A DNA stretch of 64,000 nucleotides from a virus. Its lineage: Duplodnaviria; Caudoviricetes. The notes below the pieces were generated by a model, which did not search any database, was not told the DNA's origin, and saw nothing but the letters and a program-made list of their open reading frames with translations. The stretch is from IMG/VR virus record IMGVR_UViG_3300037400_003286; one strand, written 5' to 3'. Of this stretch, positions 47,475 through 54,907 are shown in pieces (the first letter of the stretch is position 1; every line of letters begins with the position of its first letter). The translations under genes were made by a program, and so were the position numbers.

Positions 47475-48584
47475 TTAAATCATTACAAGATCCAATTCAT
47501 TATTACTGAAGAATCCGTCAATTCGTGGGCATACTTTATTATTATCATAGCACCACATTATGACATCATTCATGTCGAGTTTCTTTCCAGACTTTATTCC
47601 AAGTTCCTTCTTGAAGTTATCCCACATGAATACGCTGTATCCTTCCCTTATCTTTTCTATTGCGTGTTTTCTTCCTGGTTTGTCGTCATCGTATAGATAC
47701 CTTGTCATGAACGGGAAGTCTATCTGCTTTGTTGCACCGCACAATGCTATACAGTTCTTAATAAGGAATGAATCCATCGGGCCTTCTGTAACGGTAACAT
47801 AATTGCTGTAGTCAACAAGAAGGATATTGAAGATCATTGACAATTCATTTATGTTTTCTGGTACAGTCACATTATCCTTCAATATAATCTCGTGGATCTT
47901 CTGTAGTCCGTATGTCTTATACTTTGCATTCTTATCTGTAAAACTCCTTACCTGGATACCGAATATCTTTCCACTTTTCGTGAGGTTAAGCACAAACAGC
48001 TTGTTTGCCTGAGTTGAATACATGAACTTCTCGAAATTATACTGTCTTCTGTTTATTAGGTATGTTTTACCGTAACAGTATTCGTTGCACTCAGTAAGTC
48101 CAAGAAGTTGTCTGAAATACTCCCTGTCAATTGCATAGCTGTCTATCAGTTCATCGTCGTAAAGATATGATACGTTACTTGAGCTTTCCTTAGTTAATCC
48201 AGTATTCTTCTCTGATATGTAGTCAGCCATTCCGAGTGATACGTTCTGTCCGTACATTTTCAGGAATTTCTGTACACTCATGCATGTTCCACAGTTGAAA
48301 CATTTATAAAGGTTCTTGAACTTACCTTCGAGAATAATGTTTCCCCTCTTCTTATAGTTGTCATGTGCGGAATCTCCACAACAAGGTGCAGCAAAAGATA
48401 TCCTGTCTCTGTGTACACGTATCTTTTGTTTTGCTGAATTTCCAGGAAATACTTTCTTTAATATTTCCTGAATCTTTGGTGTAATCTCACTAATGAACTC
48501 CTCCTTCGTCATCGTCAGATGAGAAGAAGCATCGAATGATTGTGAGCTTAAATTAAAAATATCTTTACTATTATCCATTGTCAT
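47475..48584 (-). CDS. gp61: DNA primase (T4 gp61-like)
   Basis: PCCGDS...KRG...YKCFNCG Zn finger; TOPRIM VTEGPMDS and YDDD. Start moved from TTG 48599 because the promoter occupies 48595-48608. Confidence 0.88.
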   Translation of the reverse strand: MTMDNSKDIFNLSSQSFDASSHLTMTKEEFISEITPKIQEILKKVFPGNSAKQKIRVHRDRISFAAPCCGDSAHDNYKKRGNIILEGKFKNLYKCFNCGTCMSVQKFLKMYGQNVSLGMADYISEKNTGLTKESSSNVSYLYDDELIDSYAIDREYFRQLLGLTECNEYCYGKTYLINRRQYNFEKFMYSTQANKLFVLNLTKSGKIFGIQVRSFTDKNAKYKTYGLQKIHEIILKDNVTVPENINELSMIFNILLVDYSNYVTVTEGPMDSFLIKNCIALCGATKQIDFPFMTRYLYDDDKPGRKHAIEKIREGYSVFMWDNFKKELGIKSGKKLDMNDVIMWCYDNNKVCPRIDGFFSNNELDLVMI

Positions 48585-48664
48585 GTATATACGTTGCAAA
48601 TATACAACTTATTTTTATAATATGAAACATATTTTGAATAAATATCTAAACAATATATATTCAT

Positions 48665-48943
48665 ATGGATGATATTCTCGAAATGTCTATCGATGACATT
48701 TTATTATTGATTAAAAAGGTACTATATAATGCTGTAAAGTCAGGAGAAGCGAAATCTGGAGATTATTTTTTATTGGATGATGACGGTGTATATATAGGTG
48801 ATCCAGAATCATTTGATGCTGATGTTCTTTTTTATGCTGTTAAAATAGACGATGTTGTAGATTTCTCAAAGGATCATCCAGAAGATTATATAAGTTTTGA
48901 CAATATAAATATAAGTGATATTGTCCGTAATTTTTCATTATAG
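48665..48943 (+). CDS. Hypothetical acidic protein
   Basis: 92-aa ORF. Confidence 0.55.
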   Translation: MDDILEMSIDDILLLIKKVLYNAVKSGEAKSGDYFLLDDDGVYIGDPESFDADVLFYAVKIDDVVDFSKDHPEDYISFDNINISDIVRNFSL

Positions 48944-48977
48944 AATTTAAGATAAATAATGAAAAGGTTGTTATAAT

Positions 48978-49853
48978 ATGCCAAATCTTAACAAATATAA
49001 AGCTTATAAAAACATAGCTGATAATTACGATCAGGCGTTAGATCTTGTAAGGGATAAACTTCCTGTTCTTGGTGAACCAGTGGTGGTTCCTTATTATTCA
49101 CCAGACGTTTATGATCCTGATAGGCGAATAAGCATGTTATTTGTTGTAGGTTCGCTTAATGGTGAATTTAAAGTTTTTGAACCAAATGATGACATAATAG
49201 CACACATAGACAGTAGCTACAATGCTATGGAAAATTATGTCGATACAGCAGATTCAAGCCTTCAGGGACAGATTAATGATATAGTTGCATCACAGACATC
49301 AATATCGTTATCTGGATCTCCAAGTGTTATATACGCAGCGACGAATGATCAAACCGTATCATTGTCATCAAAAATTACAACTATCGGGACAATAAGCTCA
49401 CATAAAATACTCAAGGGTTCAACGATAATAAGTTCTGGAACAGGTTCAAATTTGAACGGATCAGATTCAAGCACTAACGCAACAAATGATATTACATACA
49501 CAGCCGAATCTATAATTAATGGAGTTAAGGTAACTAAAAATTCAACAGTATATGTAAGATATCCTATCTATTTCGGTGCTTCTTCAACATGGGATTCCAT
49601 AAACAATGATGCGCATAAGGCTTCAGCAAGAATAAGTCCTGTTGGAACATACCGTATTATTGTGTCACAGAATGGACATAGCGTATTTTTCAATGTTCCT
49701 TCAGAAATGAGTATAACAAAAGCAACAGTAAACGGGTTTGATATGCCGTTTAAGTCATATGTTTCAAAAACAATTGATGGTAAGACATATAAATCATATG
49801 AAAGTGCAAACACATATACCACAAGCACATTCGATGTTGTAATTGTTTCATAA
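48978..49853 (+). CDS. Virion appendage protein, YPIY(F/Y)G family
   Basis: C-terminal ~215 aa nearly identical to 53403..54374; late promoter at 48951. Confidence 0.65.
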   Translation: MPNLNKYKAYKNIADNYDQALDLVRDKLPVLGEPVVVPYYSPDVYDPDRRISMLFVVGSLNGEFKVFEPNDDIIAHIDSSYNAMENYVDTADSSLQGQINDIVASQTSISLSGSPSVIYAATNDQTVSLSSKITTIGTISSHKILKGSTIISSGTGSNLNGSDSSTNATNDITYTAESIINGVKVTKNSTVYVRYPIYFGASSTWDSINNDAHKASARISPVGTYRIIVSQNGHSVFFNVPSEMSITKATVNGFDMPFKSYVSKTIDGKTYKSYESANTYTTSTFDVVIVS

Positions 49854-49935
49854 AAAGAAAGGGATATAACAGTTAAACAATATAAAATAGATATTAATCT
49901 ATAATATTTAAAATTAAAAATAAAAAAATTAGAGT

Positions 49936-51246
49936 ATGCAAAATTTTCTTGATGCGTCTGGTTTGAATAGATATACCCAGGCTCTTAAAAATGGTGATTT
50001 TACTGTAGGTGATGCGTCTACCGCGTTTTATGCTTCACATGCTTCAGCAACAGGTATTATTGGTATAATTCCTCTTGCTAACATTCCACAAGGTGCAATT
50101 GAAAAGCTTGTAAAGGTTGCGGATCAGGCTGCAATGCTTAAATTGACGACTGATGATGTACAGAATGGTGATTCTGTTCTGACAATCGACAACAACCACA
50201 TGTACATTGTTACCGATGAAGATGAACTCGGTACGATGAATGCGTTCACTGAGTATAGCGCAGGTACAGCAACTCGTGCTTTACAGGCTGACTACGCAAC
50301 CAAAGCTGGTGACGCTTCTACGGCTGATGAAGCTACGCATGCTACTTCGGCTACAACAGCTACAAACGTTGAATGGACTGGAGTTCTGAACAAGCCTACA
50401 GAGTTCAAGCCTGAACTTCACACACAGGATGCTAGTACAATCACCAAGTTGACTGGATACCAGGAGGCCGAGTCTGCTTCCGCTGTTACAGCTGATGATT
50501 CGCTGATTGCAGCTCTCGGTAAGATTGAAAAGAAGGCTGATGACGCTGCTAAATCCGCTGGATTCCACACTCAGGATGGTAGCACAATCGTAGGTTTGGA
50601 TGGATATAATGGTCCTGCTTCAACATATACTGGCGTAGCTTCAACTGATAGTCTTGAATCTGCTCTTGCTAAGATTGAGAAGAAGGCTCTTGATTCTTCT
50701 AATACAGCTGATTGGGGAAGCATCACAAACAAGCCTACTACTTATGATGCTAGCATCGTAATGATGGGTGGTTATGAGAAGAAGAGTGGTGATGTTGCTG
50801 CTACAGACAGTGCTCTTGTTGCTGTAGGTAAGGTGGAAAAGAAGGTTGATGACGTTACAGATGCATTTGAAGGACACACTCATGGTGCTGCTGATGTAAG
50901 CACAATGGCTGGATACAATGGTCCTGCTGCTTCTTATTCTGCTGTTGCTGCTAGTGATACATTAAATCAGGCAATTGCTAAAATTGAGAAGCAAGCCCTT
51001 GATTCTTCGAACAGTGCAGACTGGGACAATATCGTTGACAAACCATCAGAATTTACTCCAGAAAATCACGCCGCAACAAAGGTTACATCTCTTGGAACAT
51101 ATTCAAAGGCTGGTTCTGTAGAAGATGTTGCTGCTGGTGATTCTCTTGTGATAGCTCTCGGTAAGATTGAGAAAAAGGCTGACGATGCAGCAGATGCACC
51201 AATTCCAGCAGCTACAATCGATGCTATTGTAAACGGAACATACTAA
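49936..51246 (+). CDS. Fibre protein with five DSLxxA(L/I/V)xK(I/V)EK repeats
   Basis: Repeating units with W..(V/I).NKP and HT(Q/H) spacers typical of phage fibre shafts. Confidence 0.75.
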   Translation: MQNFLDASGLNRYTQALKNGDFTVGDASTAFYASHASATGIIGIIPLANIPQGAIEKLVKVADQAAMLKLTTDDVQNGDSVLTIDNNHMYIVTDEDELGTMNAFTEYSAGTATRALQADYATKAGDASTADEATHATSATTATNVEWTGVLNKPTEFKPELHTQDASTITKLTGYQEAESASAVTADDSLIAALGKIEKKADDAAKSAGFHTQDGSTIVGLDGYNGPASTYTGVASTDSLESALAKIEKKALDSSNTADWGSITNKPTTYDASIVMMGGYEKKSGDVAATDSALVAVGKVEKKVDDVTDAFEGHTHGAADVSTMAGYNGPAASYSAVAASDTLNQAIAKIEKQALDSSNSADWDNIVDKPSEFTPENHAATKVTSLGTYSKAGSVEDVAAGDSLVIALGKIEKKADDAADAPIPAATIDAIVNGTY

Positions 51247-51259
51247 AAACCATTAAAAC

Positions 51260-52090
51260 TTGAACGACAGGATGAAACAATATCTTGATGCAAACGGACT
51301 AAACAGATATCACACATCATTCAAAGATGACATTGATGCATCTTATAATGGATTGAAATATTCTGTTGACAGCTCTTTCGGACAAATGTCTCAAAGGGTT
51401 GAAGATGGATTTGATTCTGTTGACAGTTCTATAGCTGATCTTATTTTATCTGATATAGGTCTTGCTAATGCAATTGAGACATTGGTTAACGAAAGAGACA
51501 GAAAATATGAGAGTTTAAGTGATAAGATAGATAATTTAACTGAGAATTCTCTTCTTGTTTCTTTGTCTGTTTCACCAACTACAATTTTTGTTGGTGATTC
51601 ATCTACTCTTGTTTTTTCCGCAAAGTCAAAGGATAGTGCTTCTAGCATTATAATTACAGATGACAACGGAACTCAAATTGCTTCTGGCTCTGGAACTAGT
51701 CTTGTTGGTTCGACGACAGTAACGCCAAGTTCTGAAGGTGTTCTTGGATATTCTGTAACTGCTGTGGTTAACGGAACAACACTATCAGCAAAATCTTATG
51801 TTAATTGTGTAAGACCAATTTATTATGGAAGCGGAACAAATTATACAGATGCTACAATTGTTTCTGGTGCTAAACAAACACCAAACGGAAAATACACAAT
51901 ATCTGTAAATTCTGCTAATAATTATATTTACTTCGTCGTTCCATCTTCAATGACTATAGCCAAGGTTTTAATGAATGGATTAAGTATGCCTATGCAAGCA
52001 ACATCAGTACAAAAAGACGGTCAATCATATACAGCTTATCAAAGTGTAAACGGATATGATGTTGGTACGTATAATTTAGATGTTGAATAA
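51260..52090 (+). CDS. Virion appendage protein, YPIYYG family
   Basis: N-terminus YLDANGLNRY shared with 49936; C-terminus homologous to 40473..41210. True start probably ATG 51272 (MKQYLD). Confidence 0.65.
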   Translation: MNDRMKQYLDANGLNRYHTSFKDDIDASYNGLKYSVDSSFGQMSQRVEDGFDSVDSSIADLILSDIGLANAIETLVNERDRKYESLSDKIDNLTENSLLVSLSVSPTTIFVGDSSTLVFSAKSKDSASSIIITDDNGTQIASGSGTSLVGSTTVTPSSEGVLGYSVTAVVNGTTLSAKSYVNCVRPIYYGSGTNYTDATIVSGAKQTPNGKYTISVNSANNYIYFVVPSSMTIAKVLMNGLSMPMQATSVQKDGQSYTAYQSVNGYDVGTYNLDVE

Positions 52091-52109
52091 TTTATTACGA
52101 TAATAATGA

Positions 52110-52142
52110 TAAAGGTGGATTTGTAATCCACCTTTATTTTTT
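52110..52142 (+). terminator. Intrinsic terminator
   Basis: taaaggtggatt-tgt-aatccaccttta followed by a T-run. Confidence 0.85.
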
Positions 52143-52246
52143 CTAAATGTTGGTGATAAACGGTGTTTTATTTCCGTCATTGCAAATATACAACATTTGT
52201 TTGAAAAATGAAAATAAAATTTTATAATTGATGAAAATAAACGGTT

Positions 52247-52524
52247 ATTTAAAACCGATAATGGATTTATACATAAAAATAATATGCGTCAAAATAAGAT
52301 ATATAATGAAATGCTTATATTACATTCAAAAAAATATTCAGATAAATAGATAAAGAAACAGTATAATATCTGTCAACTCTGGATAACTGTTACAATAAAA
52401 GAAAAATAATTAAAATAAATCTTGATATGGCAAGAGATACTAACAAGTTAGTTACAATACCTGGTGAACTACATTCAGCAGCAACTGGTGGTATTGTAGC
52501 AGCCGCTGAAGAAATTTTTGATTA
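52247..52524 (+). repeat. Direct repeat of the promoter and 5' end of a MARDT gene (other copy at about 54715-55006)
   Basis: Near-identical leader, e.g. ATATTCAGATAAATAGATAAAGAAACAGTATAATAT and TCTTGATATGGCAAGAGATACTA. Confidence 0.85.
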
Positions 52525-52860
52525 CGATGCAAATATAACTCTTTATACTATGTTTTTATTAATAGCCATCAAGGAACATGGGATGCTAATGACGTAGAAG
52601 AAACGACTGCTTTAGAATCAAGAACAGACCCATACTATTCCAATAACTTGGAACTGAATGGAAAGACTTTGAAAGAACTGTCTGCATTAATCTATACTAC
52701 AATAGAAAATAACAATGTAAAAATTTGCAATTTGTATCAAACTTTGGGATGGAATAACTATAACTTCAATGAGTTTTTTAATGATACAGATTCTACACAT
52801 CCTTTCTACGGATTTAAGCAGATAGCAGAGAAAATATCTAAATTTATTTTGAGCAATTAA
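52427..52860 (+). pseudogene. Internally deleted MARDT-family gene, copy 2, with an SGNH-hydrolase-like C-terminal remnant
   Basis: MARDTNKLVTIPGELHSAATGGIVAAAEEIFDY is joined out of frame near 52535 to a fragment ending DSTHPFYGFKQIAEKISKFI (DxxHP). Confidence 0.75.
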
Positions 52861-53345
52861 CAGAGTTCTGATTGTATAATATGTACAGAAGTTTCAAGAT
52901 TGGGACGTTCCATGCAGATAATATCTGAAATTATGAGTTTCTGTGTTGAACATGGTGTATCAATATATACATTGAAGGAAAACTATTCGCTAAATGATAA
53001 TAATCCAACAACCAAACTAATGCTTCAGATATACGGATATGCAGCAGAAACAGAAAGAAACCTTATATCAGAAAGAACAAAGGAGGGGTTGGCCGCATTA
53101 AAAAGAGAGGGTAAAAATTAGGAAGGCCGTGTGGTTCAAAATCAAAGGAACTGAAATTAGATCAAAGCAGAGACCGTTTGATTATGTTGTTAGCTAATAA
53201 AAAGCCTAAAACACAAATTGCAAAAATTCTTAAAGTGAACACATCAACTATATATGACTATATGAAAATAAGGGATATAGACGCTGATGTTCAAGAATAT
53301 CAAAAAATTGGTATGCCGAAGAAATGGCACAAATATAACAATTAA
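52861..53345 (+). pseudogene. 5'-truncated, frameshifted serine invertase paralogue
   Basis: IICTEVSRLGRSMQIISEIM...AETERNLISERTKEG; frameshift in an A5 run near 53113-53117, then LGRP...GMPKKWHKYNN; lacks the catalytic RVS region. Confidence 0.85.
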
Positions 53346-53352
53346 AAAACAC

Positions 53353-53377
53353 AAAAGGATCCAAATAGGATCCTTTT
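53353..53377. terminator. Bidirectional terminator
   Basis: aaaaggatcc-aaata-ggatcctttt. Confidence 0.85.
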
Positions 53378-53402
53378 ATTATTTTATATTAATAATTCTT
53401 TT

Positions 53403-54374
53403 TTATGAAACAATAACAACATTTAATGTGCCTTTAATATAAGTGTTTGCACTTTCATATGATTTATATGCCTTACCATCAATTGTTTTTGAAACATATG
53501 GTTTAAATGGCATATCAAAACCACTTACTGTTGCTTTTGTTATACTCATTTCAGAAGGAACATTGAAAAATACACTATGCCCATTCTGTGACACCGTAAT
53601 GCTGTATGTACCAACAGGGCTTGTTCTTGCTGGAGCTTTATGTGAATCATTGTTTATAGCGTCCCATGTTGCAGCAGCACCGAAGTATATAGGATATCTT
53701 ACGTACACTGTTGAATTTTTAGTCACCTTAACTCCATTAATTATAGATTCTGTTGTGTATGTAATGTCATTTGTTGTATTGGTACTTGGATCCGATCCGC
53801 TCAAATTTGAACCTGTTCCAGAACTTATTATCGTTGTCCCCTTTAGAATTTTATGCGAACTTATTGTTCCAATAGTTGTAATTTTTGATGACAATGATAC
53901 GGTTTGACCGCTCTTTGCTGCGTATATAACGCTTGGAGATCCAGATAACGATATTGATGTCTGTGATGCAACTATATCATTAATCTGTCCCTGAAGGCTT
54001 GAATCAGCAGTTTTAACATATGTTTCGATACTTGAATCAGCAGTTTTAACATATGTTTCCATAGCGTTATAACTACTGTCTATGTGTGCTTCTATGTCAT
54101 CCATTCTATGCGAAGCAATCCAAGCGTCAGTACCATTTGATATTATATACCATTCTCCAGTTGGTGAAGCATGATCACCGTTTACAACATTCCATGCGGT
54201 GATCTTATGTGTTGATGGGTTATATGTTAGTGGTGCATTTGATGGATTATCTTTTGCTGCTTGGAATTCTGATCCGTATAGTGTAACCCTATGTTTTTCC
54301 TGATATGCTCTTCCTGGAACATAATCACCAAAATATACTGGTATTCGTCCTATATTTCTAGTTTGTAAAGGCAT
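53403..54374 (-). CDS. Virion appendage protein: N-terminus like 33870..34574, C-terminus like 48978..49853
   Basis: Direct sequence comparison; late promoter at 54404-54411. Confidence 0.65.
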   Translation of the reverse strand: MPLQTRNIGRIPVYFGDYVPGRAYQEKHRVTLYGSEFQAAKDNPSNAPLTYNPSTHKITAWNVVNGDHASPTGEWYIISNGTDAWIASHRMDDIEAHIDSSYNAMETYVKTADSSIETYVKTADSSLQGQINDIVASQTSISLSGSPSVIYAAKSGQTVSLSSKITTIGTISSHKILKGTTIISSGTGSNLSGSDPSTNTTNDITYTTESIINGVKVTKNSTVYVRYPIYFGAAATWDAINNDSHKAPARTSPVGTYSITVSQNGHSVFFNVPSEMSITKATVSGFDMPFKPYVSKTIDGKAYKSYESANTYIKGTLNVVIVS

Positions 54375-54450
54375 AGTTATATATGTTTTGTTTTTACTAA
54401 ACTTATTTATCTATTTATTCAAGATTTTGTAATTAAAATATTAAAGTAAT

Positions 54451-54510
54451 TTCCGTCATGTAATTATATGGAGGTTTATTTCCAACAGTGGAAGTGGACA
54501 GAGTTCTGGA
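54451..54510 (+). repeat. Recombination repeat A (core 54460-54483)
   Basis: 59/60 identical to the reverse complement of 57908-57967; 54471-54508 is identical (38 bp) to 55657-55694. Confidence 0.85.
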
Positions 54511-54714
54511 TAAAACTATGTGCATTTGCACCAAATACTCCTTCACTTTTAACCAGATTATTGCTTGCTGGTGTTGGGATGTCGTCAACTCCCTGCCAAT
54601 TAGAAGGTGTAGTGTTAGTATCAGACATCAATCGGTATTGCACATACTTATTACCAGAAATAGAACTATCACTGTTGGAAATAACCCCCAATATAATTAC
54701 ATGACGGAATTAAT
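54476..54714 (-). pseudogene. Recombination repeat B (core 54677-54700) plus a truncated silent C-terminal cassette
   Basis: ATTAATTCCGTCATGTAATTATATTGGGGGTTATTTCCAACAGTG, then ISNSDSSISGNKYVQY, homologous to ISNSGSGQSSDNKYVQY of the 54908 protein. Confidence 0.75.
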
Positions 54715-54907
54715 ATTTAAAGCCTATAATGGATTTAATTAAGTATTATACATAAAATAATATACGTTCAAATAAGATAAATAATGAAATGTTTATATGA
54801 CATTCAAAAAATATTCAGATAAATAGATAAAGAAACAGTATAATATTTGTCAACTCTGGATAACTGTTACAATAAAAGAAAATAATTAAAATAAAATAAA
54901 TCTTGAT

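Larger units (their letters stand above)
49200..54090. repeat. ~650-bp inverted repeat pair (about 49200-49853 and 53403-54090)
   Basis: For example, GATTCAAGCCTTCAGGGACAGATTAATGATATAGTTGCATCACAGACATCAATATCGTTATCTGGATCTCCAAG is identical in both copies; the second copy has a 33-bp tandem duplication. Confidence 0.85.

Noticed and set aside
54468-54742. Short plus-strand ORFs 54468..54704 and 54488..54742 (also 57872..58078)
   Set aside because: They are readings across the recombination repeats, not independent genes.
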